A program made the translations under genes and the position numbers. A stretch of DNA of 64,000 nucleotides from the NCBI GenBank assembly GCA_951406725.2, contig OX597814.1:5332001-5396000 (forward strand). Direction: 5' to 3'. Below are positions 1 to 13,306 of the stretch, piece after piece (the first letter of the stretch is position 1; each line of letters starts with the position of its first letter). The notes below the pieces were generated by a model. That model was not told the origin of the DNA and made no database searches. It was given only the letters and a program-made list of their open reading frames with translations. Origin of the DNA: Octopus vulgaris (taxonomy: Eukaryota).

Positions 1-299
1 TAATTCTGTTTTGGAAATCTTGGAATCTTGGCAATTAATGAAAACAGTTTCTTAAATGACTCTGGAGGTTGGGGGATTGCAGGGAGTTTAACATTTCCAC
101 CCCTGCAGCACAGTGCAAGTGTCTCTCCAGGCCACTTCCTTGCTTTACAATGCTTGCACTCAGTTGTCATTGCACCAATGGAAACTCTAGTGCTTTTTTC
201 TTGTTCCTTTGATATTGACTCTGGTTCACTGACAAATTTCGGTTCAACCTGTACAATTCTTTATTTTCCGTAGAAGTTTCTTATTTACTTTCTGTCTGT

Positions 300-678
300 T
301 ACCCAGTTATTTTCATTGTTTACTATCTTCTGCACCTGTGTATTTCTGTATACTTATGTAACCATGCCTAGAAGGAAAGTGTCAAATTTGTCTGCAATGT
401 CAAGGTCAGCCAAAAGAATGTCTCTGTGAGACAGCTGCGGAAAGATACAATCAATTTCTGAAACTTACTTCACAAAGAGTTGTGTCCCTTATCAACATAA
501 CCCAGGGATGGGTATTTTCTGCTTCCAAGGAGCCCATTACTCATTATTTGAAGAATTTTAAGAGTCTGACGCCACACCTGGAACATAAGTAATGTATGTT
601 CACAGTTTGGGGAAAATCAGTTGAAAAATACGGCCGTTATAATCTTTTACACACACAGAAAGGGATTTATATTATAGA
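300..678 (-). mobile_element. Helitron-like non-autonomous element, 5' end (left limit uncertain)
   Basis: Minus strand begins A|TCTATAATATAAATCCC at 678, the TC-TATA start shared with other Helitron-like copies here; no 3' end identified. Confidence 0.35.
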
Positions 679-931
679 TGTATATATATATATATATGTG
701 TGTCTGTATATATATGAATATGTGTGTGTGTCTGTGTTTCTACCCCCACCATTGATTGACAACCGATTTTACTGTGCTTATATCCCCATAACTTAGCTAT
801 TTGTCAAAGTACACCGATAGACTAAGTACTAGGCTTACAAAGAATAAATCCTGTAGTTGATTTCTTCAACTTTAAGGTGGTGCTCCAGCATGGCTGGAGT
901 CATGTTACTAAAACATGTAAAACAATAAAAA

Positions 932-979
932 TCTGTACCATTTTAATCCCAAGCAATGCTAGGTAGGTGTCTCTGCTAG
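932..979 (+). mobile_element. Minimal Helitron-like relic (both termini)
   Basis: A|TC start, imperfect hairpin CCCAAGCAATGCTAGG, ends CTGCTAG|T; 3' end resembles 14380-14407. Confidence 0.45.
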
Positions 980-1349
980 TATATATATGTATATATATAT
1001 ATATATGAATTAATATAAGGAATTAATAGAAATAAAGATAAAGGAACACTAATTTCTAAATCAACTTCATCGGCTTACAGTTGTTTCTGCTATGGGTAGC
1101 TGTGCAATTAGTGATGTGTGTTTGTGCATCTGCTTCTAACTTCCTTGGTTATATATCACCATGATCTTCTTGTCATCATCGTTATGTAGCGTCCTTTCTC
1201 CAGGCTGGGTTGGACAGTTTGATAGGATCCAGTGGCTGCAAGGACTGCATTGCACTTCAGTATCTGCTTTGGTGGGATTTCTACGACGTGATGCCCTTCT
1301 TAATGCAATAACATTTGCAGAGTTTACTGGGTGCTTTTTTATGTCCCTA

Positions 1350-1610
1350 GCACTTGTGTGCCTCAGAGAGAGATAATTACTCCACACGGTAGTGAGACGT
1401 GAGCCCTGAATGCAGAGGACATACGAAGGTTAGAAAAGAATGAGGTTAGTCTGCTCCACTGGATGTGTAATGTAAGTGTACTTATTCGACAGAGTGCCAG
1501 TGTTCTGAGAGAGAAGTTAGGCAGAAAAGGGAATTTGTTGCTGTGTGCAAAGGGGGTGACTGTACTGGTTTGGTCATGTGATGTGGATGGATTCCGACAG
1601 CTCCTGTTGT
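1350..1610 (+). mobile_element. RTE-clade LINE fragment (C-terminal of RT)
   Basis: Reads HGSET*ALNAEDIRRLEKNE..., same family as the 63230-63712 ORF (HGSETWAVSAEDMRKLARNE). Confidence 0.75.
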
Positions 1611-2079
1611 CTTTGTCGTAATTTTCACTGACCTGGTTTTCTCCTCTAACCCTGATCTCTTTATTGTCGTTGCTGTTCTTCTTTCTATGCTTGTTGCTGC
1701 TGTTGTTGTTTTCCTCTTTGTAATCAATTCTCTCTATAGTCATGATGACTCAGCTGTCATAGTCTTTGTGTGTCCCAACATTTTGTAATCTGAGAAATGG
1801 GATTATCTGATCTCAGCTGCATGTTTTGCTGCTGCTGTTGGCCTATTTTGTGCGAAAGCTCTCTAAAGAGTTCAGTGGATTGGTATTGGGGTTGGTGTTC
1901 TATGTATTGAATCAACATTATGAACATCCTTTAATGTCATTTGTCCATGTTGTCAATCATTGGAGGTGTGACCCGAGCTCGCAAGCTGGGGAGTAGGCTG
2001 CACCAGGCTCCAGTCGTATTTGGCTTGGTTTCTATGACTGGATGCCCTTCCTAACACTTCGCAGACTTTCCTGATTGCT

Positions 2080-2300
2080 TTTACCACTGGCCCCACATGG
2101 AAGCTTTTACCTGACACCACACGGGCTCTTTTAGGTGACACCACAACGGCACTTTTATGTAACGCCATACGGACGCTTTACCTGACAATGCATGAGCGCT
2201 TTACATGAAATGATGCTTTTACGTGGCACTGCACAAGTGCTTTTACGTATTGCTTCATGGGCACTTTTAAGTGGTACCATGTGAGCGCTTTCACATAGTA
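2080..2300. repeat. Degenerate minisatellite (~25-26 bp, GCTTTTACGTGGCAC core) in RTE-associated 3' region
   Basis: Repeated gc(a/t)cttttac.tg.cacc motifs. Confidence 0.55.
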
Positions 2301-2329
2301 CCTCAGGGATGGCTGCATACTACTAGAAG

Positions 2330-3960
2330 GATTGGTCTTAAAACTTCTGTTATAAGGTAGTAGGCTTTTGACTGAGGCCAGGTGCCAGGTATCTCGGTCC
2401 TTTATCATCTCACCTGAAAGGTTCAGCATCTTGAGGTCATTCATCAGCACTTCATTCCATGTCTTCCTGGGTCCGCCATCAACTTTGAGAGAAATGCACT
2501 TTTTTATGGAGCTGTTGGCATCGACCTGCATCACATAACCAAACCAGCACAGTCTTCTCTTGCACACAGCAACCAATTCCTCTTATGCCTAACTTCTCTC
2601 TCAGAATACTGGCACTCTGTAGAAAATGTACGCTTACATTACACACCTGGCAGAGCATACTAGCCTCATTCCTCTCTAACCTTCACATGTCCTTTTCATT
2701 CAGGGCCCACATCTCACTACCATGTATAATTGTTGTTTGTATACATGTATCATACAATCATTCTTTGAAACAGAGAAACCTTTCGTGGCCAATACAGGTA
2801 ACAGCTCTCTGAATTTCCTCCATCCTATTCTTATTCTAGCTATTACACTTTCTGTGCATCCTCCCCTATTACTAATTTGGTCCCGTAGGTCTCAGAGATT
2901 ATCTACTAATACTAAGGTGCCACCAGGGCATTTGAGAATCTCAATTTCCCAGGTCACTAAAGTTTTGATGGACCCTGCACATCTTCTATATCCGAAAACC
3001 TTCCAAATAACCTACTGCACCTCTTGTGTGACCATAGCTTTCACTGGACACACCATAGAGAGTTCACCCTTACACTTTTACTACAAATTGAACAGGGCTA
3101 CCTACATAGGTGGTCTGGAGGACAATGATGAAAAGGAGGGGATACTAAGGACTGAGCCTTGATGAACTCCTACCTCTACACCTAATTCTTTGCCGTACTC
3201 TTGGTTTCTTTGTGCACGGTCTGTACAGCTTTCACCAGTCACTCATCTATCCCTATCCTCCTCAGAGCCCACCGTATCACACAGCAGGGCACTCTATCGA
3301 AAGATTCCTCTAAATAAACAGATGCCAATTATAATGTTTTATTCTTCTCTTGAAATTGCCTGATTATGAAAATAGCATCAGAATTGATTCTTCGTTGGAC
3401 AAAGCTGAACTGCATTTGGTCAAGCCAAATTCTGGGCCATAACTCCCTATGTAATTTTCTTCACCTGGTCCAGGAGTTGATGCTTCTGTAATTGCTTCAA
3501 TCTATCCTTGTAGCAGCTAACAATGATGCTGCAATGCCAGTCACTGGGTATTACACCTTCCTCAATGACTTAATTAACTAATGTAGGGGACAAGCCCATA
3601 ACCTGCCTTATTTTGAGCGTCTCTGCTGTGATTCTGGTTGGAACTGGGGCTTTCCCATGTTTTCATGTTTTTAATTGCCTTCTCTATCACACCACTGTCC
3701 ACTAGGATAGCCAGTCCATCTGTTGGGATCACATGAGGGAGACTCCCTTTATCCCATTCGTTCTCTACATTCAACAGTCTCGCATAGTAACTTTTCCACG
3801 CTTCTCTCTTGTCCACATCACTGAATGCAAGCATACCATTATCCATCCACTCACATTTCTCTCCTACAATATCCCGTTTTTCTCTGACACACTGTCTCGC
3901 AATCCAGTATACCTCAAGTCTGACCATCACGCTGTAGAACTTTGGAAAACATCTTCTTCA
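2330..3960 (-). mobile_element. Decayed RTE-clade LINE (RT region)
   Basis: ORFs 2178-2576 (RRLCWFGYVM..GGPRKTW) and 3574-3930 (EAWKSYYARLLNVENEW); GVHQGSVLS motif near 3140-3170 on minus; many disablements. Confidence 0.8.
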
Positions 3961-4524
3961 CTGCTTCTACCCTGACTATAAATTCTCGTTTGTACCTATG
4001 ATCATAGGTGCATTAGGCTATGTGCTTACACACTTACACAACCACCTGGAAATGTTAGGCTTTTCCGAAGAAAGATCAAAAGAGACCTCCAAAATCCGAT
4101 CTCTGCATGGCACAGTGAAGATTTTGTAAGACATTCCAAAGATTTACCATCAGAGATTTTTTAGTTGAATAGATGCACGTGCTTGAGTCTGGGCATCAAG
4201 AGTTCAATCTGCACTCCAACTCAACCACACATTTACAAACGCTGGGAACTCTTTTAACTCAAAAACTCTTGTCAATTCATAAGCAACCGGCTTGGAATTG
4301 CTGAAGAGGAACAGGAACAAAACTTACATACATAAAAACGTACTTGTATACGTACATACACTCACACACACACACTCACACATACATACACATGCATACA
4401 TATACACATGAATATATAAACATACATACACATGCATATATACATGCATACATACATAGATATATAAATACACACATACATACATACACATGCATTCATA
4501 CATACATACATACATATATACATA

Positions 4525-7500
4525 CATTATTATGGCTGCCCCCACGTTATCGAGTTTGGCCATTGCACGAAGCTTAACTGTTACTGGTGCTGTGATTAGA
4601 CGTGACTTTTTAGCCCAGCCAAAGATCTACAATGTCTTGTACAGAATTGGCAACTAAAACCTTTACTGGTAATAGCCGGCTGTAGTTGTAACTGGGCTTC
4701 ATGTACCTTTGCATGTCGTTTAAGTCCTCCTGCCGAATTACACTCTCTTCCACATGCCCGACAGATACGATTAGTATGGTGTGTTACACCACCACCAGTG
4801 GCCAAGTTGTCACTCATCTGTCTCGCTTTATGACTACGAAGATGACTCTTGAGTCCAGCTTTACTGAGGCAGGGTCTTGCACAGACACTGCATGTCAGCA
4901 TCATAGGAAGACCCTTCCCATTTGAAAGTGCAACAGCGATGCCCTTCCTGACATCCCTCCTTACTTTCTCATGTGCAACTCGAGATTTCTGAAAAGTGGC
5001 TGTCCCCTCGTGCACAATCCTTCTCCACCTGCTACAATCAATAGTTATGCCTTCCCATGTGTCAGGAGAGATGCTAGCATCTCTGAAGGAAGCCTTTAGC
5101 AAGTCCTTATACCTCTTTTTTGGTTTATGTGGAAGTCGTTCTCCTTTAGCTAACTCTCCATAAAAGAGTTGTTTTGGCATCCTTGAATCCTTCATCCTGA
5201 CCAGATGACCACTCCATTTGAGCCTTTGCTTTAACACAAGAGCTTCTATACTTTCACACCGAGAGCCTTCTAATATTTCAAGATCACTGATGCGGTCCTC
5301 CTCCTTAATGCCATAGATCCGTCTGTGACACATCTGATGGAAATGTTCCAGTTGTTTAAGGTGGTATCGATATGTGATCCACGTCTCGCCGGCATAGAGA
5401 AGAGGAGGGAGCACACATGCCTTGTACACCTTTATCTTTGTCTTTCTGCATATATCTCACCGACTCCAGAGGCGCTTTTCTAGCCTTTCGAAAGCAACAC
5501 TTGCTTTCCTAATCCTATATGGAATTTCATCATCCAAATTGCTATATCTATTAATAGTGCTTCCCAGGTAGACAAACTAATCAACTACATCAAGTTGTTT
5601 ACCATACACATAGATATTAGGTACACTCTACTTCTTACCAGGGGCAGGTTGGTACATGACAACCTAAGGCAGTACAAACATCAGAGAAGGCATTCAAAAT
5701 GTGCTGCATATCAATCTCTGTGTGTGCTACTAGCTCACAATCATCTGCATACAAAAGGTCTCTTATGATAGAGGTAAATACCTTTGTTTTTGCAGCAAAG
5801 CGCCTGATATTAAATATGCTGCCAGAGGTTCGATAATGGATGTAAACACCGTATCTGCAGTTTCTGAATGCAATTCAGAACACCATTGCAAAATATATGG
5901 CAAATAGGGTCGGTGCCAGAATATCCCCCTGTTTCGTTCCATTTTGTATTGAAATGGGCTCCAACATTTTCCCTCTAACATTCACCCAACCATTCATGTC
6001 TTCATGAAAAGACCTAACCAAAGCAAGGAACTTTTCAGGACATCCAAGTTTCTGGAGGACTCTCCACAATGCTTTTCTATTGACAGTTTCAAAGGCTTTT
6101 GTCAGATTCACAAAAACCTGATTCAAATCCAGACCCTGTTCCACACACTTCTCCTGAAAAGATCATATCAGCAGTGCCACGTCCCACACGAAAGCCAGAT
6201 TGACTTTCTGGAAGAACACAATCTGCAATGTATTTCAGCAGACGATCCAGACAGACAGCAATGATACTCCTCTATAATTACCACAATCATTCCTGTTGCC
6301 CTTTCCCTTATACAAGGCCACCATTACTGCATCTCTCCAGTCCTCAGGTACAGATTCACTAGTCCATATCTTACGAAACAAAAAGCCAATTTTTCTACAG
6401 AATTTTCTCACCACCATGCTGTAACAACTCCGCATGTATGCCATCCATACCCGGAGACTTCCCATTATTCAACCTTGAGACAGCCATTGCAACTTCTTCC
6501 AACTTTGGTGGTTCTGCGAGTGCTGCCTTCACAGGCAATCCAGGGATGAGATTGAGAACATCCTCACTAACTACAGACTGCTGATTCAGAAGTTCTTCAA
6601 AGTGTACTTGCCACCTTTGCAGAATTCCTTGTGAATCACGAAGAAGTTCTTTACCATTCCTGCTTCGAAGTGGCGTCATCAGAGAAGTCGGTCCATAAAC
6701 TTCTCGCAAGAGACCATACAACAGCTTTGTGCTATTGGAATCTGATGCCGCCTGTATCTCATCAGCCTTCTTACTCCACCACGTATCCCTCATCTGAGAG
6801 AGCCTTTGCTTCACATGTGATTTTACGTCTTCGAGTTCCCTATGCAACATTTCTCTTTCCTGTGACTTTGCTGACAAATAGCGTGACAAAGTACATATTT
6901 TATCAGCCAATAAATCATCTATATGTTCATCATTTTCTTTAAACCAGTCTTGATGCTTTCTTTGTATCAATCCCAGAACTTTCTTGCCTATATCATAAAC
7001 TGACTTTTTAAGGGTCGGCCAATCCTCCCCAATATCTGCAGCATTCATTTCCTCTCGTAAAGTTCTCTTCACACTATTACACCTAGGTCGATCAACATTC
7101 AGTCTTTTAGGCAGGGTAATCCCTGCAGCTCGGATTTTATGTTTTGTGACTAATTTCACTTTTGCACGTACTAGGCGGGGGTCAGTCTAACACTCAGCTC
7201 CACGAAGAACATGAACACACTGCACATCCTGTCTGTCACACACCCTAACAAGGATGTAATCCAGAATATGCCATTCTTTAGATGCAGGGTGCATCCATGT
7301 AGTCTTAAACTTATTCTTTTGTTGAAACATGGTATTGGTAACACACAGACGCAGCTCTTCACACATCTGCAGCAAAAGCATGCCATTACTATTACACTTC
7401 TCCACCCCATGCTTTCCAATTACAGTCCATGTGTTAAAATCCCTACCCACTCTAGCATTAAAGTCACCCAGTACGGTGACTTTGTCTGCCCGAGGGATAT

Positions 7501-8130
7501 TTCTTATAATACCCTTCAAAGCATGGTAGAAAGAAAGTTTTTCGTCATCAGTATAACACATAGTTAGAGCATACACACTCACCAAGGTCATATAATTTCC
7601 TTTAGCCAAAGGAATTCTCATGGACATAAGACGCTTGTTAATTCCGACTGGGAATTCTTCCAACTTGTCCACAAGAGTAGTCTTAACAGCAAATGCCACT
7701 CCAGCTTCTCCTCAAAACTCTTCATTCCTCCCTTTCCAAAAGAATGCATATTTTCCACAAGATTCTGTAAGATGACCATCTCCAGGTAATCTCGTCTCAG
7801 ATAAAGCAACGATGTCAAGATCATAGCGTTGAAGCTCCTTTGCAACAAGCGCAGTTCTTCTTTCAGGACATTCAGAAGACTTGCGGTCAAGCAGTGTCTG
7901 TACATTCCAACAGCCAATATTCAATATTTTCTTTGGTTCTATCATAGTAGCACGATGATGGCTGGGTTCAGACTGTGATGCTCTGGAGCCCCTGCCGGGC
8001 CAGACTCTTTCAACTGATGTGGTTCCAGAGTCCTTGCTGCCATTTATTTTTATACTGTTGTGGTACATCATTGATTTTTTTTGCTTTTTAAGGCTACAGC
8101 CAGCCATGCAGTTGAGACTCACAGCACCAT
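4525..8130 (-). mobile_element. Near full-length RTE/BovB-like LINE, frameshifted (APE + RT + C-terminal C2H2 fingers)
   Basis: APE motifs WNVQTL, IVALSETR, LGDFNARVG, LDYIL; RT motifs GKSPGMDGI, GNYRGVSLLS, FVNLTKAF, GTKQGDILAPTLF; C-terminal LLYAGETW, RLKWSGHLVRM, RMPKQLFYGEL; short (ATA)n tail. Confidence 0.92.
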
Positions 8131-8299
8131 CAACAATCATGAATTAGTTAATCAATTTAATCAATCAATCAATCAATGTTGTTATCATGCAATGCCTGTG
8201 CAAGAAGATTTTTTTTTAAAGTGAGGAAAGGCTGTGCACTGAGTCATTCCCACTCACTAAGCAACAGCAGCCATAATCCGAAAAGAAGAACAAGTTAAC

Positions 8300-8630
8300 A
8301 TCATCGGTAACCACTGAGCCGCAGGTTTTATGTTAGAGTTATCCCAGTTACCTGAGTTACCTTCTCCTAGAAGGATGCCCTAACAAAGGCTAGGAGTCCT
8401 TTACTCCCAATGGTTTAACCGCGCGATCGGGTATTTAGTCCGATTATTTCCATGTCTCCACGAATGATACAACCGTAAGACATTTATTGGATGGCTGTTG
8501 ACTCTCAAGAGTTCCTCCACCCTTTGACGGGTTTTGTTTTTCATCCCGCAGGGTGTCCAATAAACACCCTCCTCACCAATGCAACAGGTTGTACGGGGTT
8601 ACATGTTACCAGTAGCACTCAAAAGTGACC
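8300..8630 (-). mobile_element. RTE-like 5' UTR fragment
   Basis: Minus strand GGTGAGGAGGGTGTTTATTGGACACCC..CCCGTCAAAGGGTGGAGG; similar to 54160-54240 and 38820-38840. Confidence 0.45.
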
Positions 8631-9548
8631 TGACATATACATACATACATAGATACATATATACATACACATGCATACATACATTCATGCATACATACAC
8701 TGTTGCATGCATACATATATAGATATATAGATATATACATACATACCCTGTTGTTGATGTTGAAATTCCAATGAAGGAGTCTTTGATCTAAGTTAGAAAC
8801 CGGTTCTTTCTTTATTGGCAAGAAATCTATATATAAAACTGAAATGTGTTTTTACCGCTTGGATCGCTTTCAAGGCCACTACGTCCCGTCCGATTGACTC
8901 CAAAATTTACAGGGACATGTAAAATGAGGTGACGATGCCTGTGGGCTACCTTAGAAATCCCTATCTTAAAAGGTGTCGTTGCTAGGGGCCAAAACCCCAC
9001 TTTGACAAGTCCACTCCCGTTCTTTTACGTATATGTCTTCCTCACTCATTCACACTATTTCCTCCATTCCCCTCTAACTCCCTTTCACTTTCCCTTTATA
9101 AGTTCGTCAGACGGCGTTCTTTTATGTATCTGTCTGCATTCGTAGAGAGAATTATCATCGCCACCATCAACACACAAGCATGAGAACAAATATTATGAAT
9201 CAGATATTTCTTGCATTCATTTATATATGTGTGTGTGTGTGTGTGTTCTATATATAAATATGTATATATAATGTATATAAACAAAGTGTATATATCTGTA
9301 TTTATGTATATTAAACTTTTTAATACTTTTTGATAGTTATATATATTTTTAAACAAATTATGAATATAATTTAATAATTTTTATTTTAAATTTAAATAAT
9401 TTAAATTTTTAAATTTTATATTTTCTATATTATATTTTTATTTTTATGTTTTTGTTTTTGGTTTTTTACTGTTTCATTTGCCTATTAGTGGTTTTATCTC
9501 TAATTTAATTTATACATATATATATATAATTTGTATATATAATGCGTG

Positions 9549-9606
<58 letters not shown>

Positions 9607-9644
9607 ATGTGTGCATTATGTGGTTGATCGGTTCAGCTGTCAAA

Positions 9645-9920
9645 ATTTAAAGTCGGTTTTCCGTGCTAGCACGGGTTGGACAGTTTGACCGGGGTCTGGG
9701 AAGCCAGGAGACTGCACCAGGCTCCAGTCTGATCTGGCAGTGTTTCGACAGGTGGATGCCCTTCCTAACGCCAACCACTCTGTGAGCGTAGTGGGTGCTT
9801 TTTTCGTGCCAGGGGGGCTTGCAGTGGCGACGATCTGTTGGTGCTTTTTGCATGCCACTGGCACAGAAGCCAGTCAAGGCGGCGCTGCAATCGGCCACGT
9901 TCGGATGGTGCTTTTTACGT
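9645..9920 (-). mobile_element. Dispersed non-coding RTE-associated 3' end repeat
   Basis: Motif CTGCACCAGGCTCCAGTCTGATCTGGCA..GGATGCCCTTCCTAACGCCAACCACTC recurs at ~2000, ~27830, ~38230, ~55130, ~60330 and ~62790. Confidence 0.75.
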
Positions 9921-10469
9921 GCAGAAAGGAAGCAACAGAAAGTAACAACCACACTCTTACCCGCGCGTAGAGCGAGTCACCTTAAACCACTACTCAAAAA
10001 AAATACAGAGCAAACAGAAACAAATAAATACATAACGATTTACTCCTCACACAATTTCTTCAATTGGAGTTTACCTATGATTTTTCCAAGTACATTCCAT
10101 TCGGTCATGGCATATAAATTTCTTTCAATTTCACACCCAATTAAGCAAAAATTCGAGAAAACTCAATATTTTACGATTTCCCTCTCTCACTTCAAAGGCT
10201 TTATTCTGCCTATTACCACACTTTCTTCCACTTTCTCTTTACACACATAGACACGCAAACATATACGTATATGACAGTGTCAATTGTTGAAAGAAAATTG
10301 TAAGCTAAGGTGTGTGTGTATGTGTGTGTGTGCGTGTGTGTGTGTGTGTAGGAAGTGAAGGATAAAAATATGGCAAGAAGTGGACAGATGTACATATATA
10401 CATACATACATCCATACATACATGTGTGTGTGTGTATGTGTATGTATGTGTATTAATGTGTGCGTGTTA

Positions 10470-10844
10470 TCTCTCTCTATATAAAGCTGAAGTTGTCTGT
10501 GTGCGCCAGGTTTGGCTGCCTTCAACGAACACTATCTCCTCCGAGACCCTGCGGTGCTAGTTGACCAAAATTGAGAGTATGATCGAAGGGTTGCTCTTCC
10601 TTCTGTAGAAGATAAAATTCAAATCGGACCATGTTAACACCAAAAATTATGTACATCAAAAAGGTGCTTTTTTCTATGAAAATCACTATTTTTTACGATT
10701 TTTTCACTGCTGTGTCGCCACTTTTCGGTGTATTTCAACAAGGAAAATGTTCACTTGAAGAGAATAAGCTACATAATGCAAAATTTTTACTTTTCAAACA
10801 TTCCAATTCCAGCGGGTCAAAAGAAACCCGAGCGATACTGCTGG
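10470..10844 (+). mobile_element. Non-autonomous Helitron-like element
   Basis: A|TCTCTCTCTATATAAAG start, CCCGAGC..ATACTGCTGG|T end (CTRR), inserted between A and T, no TSD. Confidence 0.6.
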
Positions 10845-10867
10845 TAGATAGATAGATATATAGATAT

Positions 10868-12488
10868 TCTTCCCAAAAATTTTTGAAAAATTTTTCACCA
10901 AAATTTGTGAAAATTTTCTTCAAAAACTTTTGAAAGAATTTTGAAAATTTTTCTCAAAAATTTTTGAAAATTTTTCATAAAATTTTTTAAAAAATTTTCC
11001 CAAAGATTTTTGAAAATTTCTCCCAAAAATTTTTGACAATTTTCCCCAAAGATTTTTGAAAATTTTCCCCCAAAATTTTTGAAAATTTTCCTCAAAAAAC
11101 TTTGAAAAGTTTAAAAAAAAATTTTGCAAACATTTTTGAAAATTTTCCCCCAAAAGTTATTTAAAATTTTTCCCGAACATTTAAAAAAGATTTCTCCCAA
11201 ACATTTTTGAAAATTTTGCACAAAAATTTTTGAAAAGTTTAAAAAATTTTCGCAAACATTTTTGAAAATTTTCCCCCAAAAGTTATTCAAAATTTTTCCG
11301 AACATTTACAAAAATTTGTCCCAAACATTTTTGAAAATTTTCCCCCAAAATTTTTGAAAATTTTCCTCAAAAATTGTTTTTTAAATTTTTGAAAATTTCT
11401 CGCAAACATTTTTGAAAGTTTTCCCCAAAAATTATTCAAAATATTTCACAAAGATATTTCAAAAGATTTTTTGGAAAATTTTCACCGAAAATTTTACCCA
11501 AAAATTTTCACCAACAATTTTTCGAAAATTTTTGCTGAAAATTTTACGCAAAAATTTTCACCAAAAATTTTCCCCAAAAGTTTTTCGAAAATTTTCCCCA
11601 AAAATTTTTCGAAAATCTTCCCCAAAAAATTTTCGAAAATTTTCCGAAAATTTTCACAACAATTTTACGAAAATATTCCCAAGAATTTATCAAAAAAATT
11701 TTCCGAAAATCTTACCCAAAAATTTTTGGAAAATGTACACCGAAAATTTTTCGTATATTTTACCCGAAAATTTTCCCCAAAAATTTTTCGAAAGTTTTCA
11801 CCGAAAATATACACCAACAATTTCTCGAAAATTTTTGCCGAAAATTTTCCCCAAAAATTTTTCGAAAATTTTCACCGCCCAGAAATTTTCAACAAAAATT
11901 TTTCGAAAATTTTCACCAGAAATTTTACCCCAAAATTTTAACCAAGATATTTTCCGAAAAGTTTCAATAAAATTTTTCGAAAATTTTCACAGAAAATTTT
12001 CCCCAAAAATTTTTCGAAAGTTTTCACCGAAAAATTTCCCCCAAAATTTTTGGAAAATTTTCGAAAATTTTACCCAAAAATTTGTCGAAAATTTTCACCA
12101 ACAATTTTTCCCAAAATTTTACCCAAAAATTTGTCGAAAATTTTCACAGAAAATTTTCTTCACAAATTTTTCAAAAATTTTCAACTAAAATTTTCACCTA
12201 AAATTCTACTCAAAAGTTTTTCGAAAATTTTCCCCAAAAATTTTTTAGAAAATTTTCACCAACAATTTTTCGAAAATTTTACCCAAAAATATTCCGAAAA
12301 TTTTACCCAAATATTTCTCGAAAATTTTTGCCGAAAATTTTCACTAAAAATTTTTTAAAATCTTTCGAAAATTTTGCACGAAATTTAAAATCTTTCGAAA
12401 ATTTTCCACGAAATTTTCCTAAAAAATTTTTCGAAAATTTTCACCAAAAATTTTTCTTTCGAAAATTTTCACCAAAAATTTTCCCCCA
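10868..12488. repeat. Low-complexity minisatellite, ~21-22 bp unit CCCAAAAATTTT(T/C)GAAAATTTT
   Basis: Directly visible degenerate tandem array flanked by dinucleotide microsatellites. Confidence 0.95.
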
Positions 12489-12836
12489 ATATGTGAGCGT
12501 GTGTAGATTTTATATATGTGTATGTATGTGAATGTATATATATGTGTGTGTGTGCCGGCGCGCGCATATATGCGTGTATGTGTCCGTGTGTTGAATCTTA
12601 AAGGCCAGCTAAGGAGAATCATATGTGTAACCAACCATGAAGAACAAATCAACAGTATAAAGAAATAAAATATCAATCTCTTTGAAACGGCAACCACTTT
12701 AAGGGTACGAGAATCACCATCCCACTACATTTACGTATTCAAAGCACTTTGAATACGTAAATAGGCTTTGTGACTACTACGAAAATTTTCGAAATAGAAG
12801 CCGAGGATTTTTAATTTACAGAGACAATATTTACAT

Positions 12837-12942
12837 ATCACCTGAGGAAACACAACTAGACCTCATAATGCAGGGAAACAGTTTCTTAATCAAGTACCTG
12901 TACATCTGGAGAACTACGTTGCGTGCAAACAATTGTAGTGAT
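12837..12942 (+). ncRNA. Degenerate type I hammerhead ribozyme motif (Penelope-type)
   Basis: ATCAC CTGAGGA [long stem II] CAAAC AATT GTA GTGAT: perfect 5-bp stem I and palindromic stem III, but GAAA core reads CAAA. Confidence 0.55.
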
Positions 12943-13306
12943 TAAAAAATAAATGTCCAACCGTACCCTTCTTGTTGACGCCAATTTTTTCAATTATGTA
13001 TTCACACATGAGAGATGCCCAAATGCAAACCTAGAAATACATATAATACTACTACTGGAAAGCACAGTTTAAATGTGAAAGTGGACGAGCGAGCTTTATA
13101 CTGTATTCTACTATGTTCTTAACAGAATATACTATAATTATATATATACATATATAAGACGGGCTTCTTACGGTTTACGTCAACCAGATATACTCACAAG
13201 TCTTTGGTCGGCCCGAGTCTATAGCAGAAGACACTTGCCCAAGGTGTCACGCAATAGTACTGAACCCAGAACCTTGTGGTTGGGAATACATATATATTTA
13301 TATATA

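Noticed and set aside
1068-1092. Hammerhead 3' half on minus strand (GAAAC AACT GTA AGCCG)
   Set aside because: No CUGANGA or matching stem I partner found nearby
4324-4577. Y/I/H/T- or C/V/M-rich ORFs (also ~9096, ~10213, ~60367-61177)
   Set aside because: Translations of (CA)n/(TA)n/(TACA)n microsatellites
9081-9093. IRF-like motif CTTTCACTTTCC (similar hits at ~28943 and ~35185)
   Set aside because: Isolated, inside repeats, expected by chance in AT-rich DNA
10895-12531. K/F/N/I-rich ORFs up to 258 aa
   Set aside because: By-products of the A/T-tract minisatellite, open in several frames on both strands
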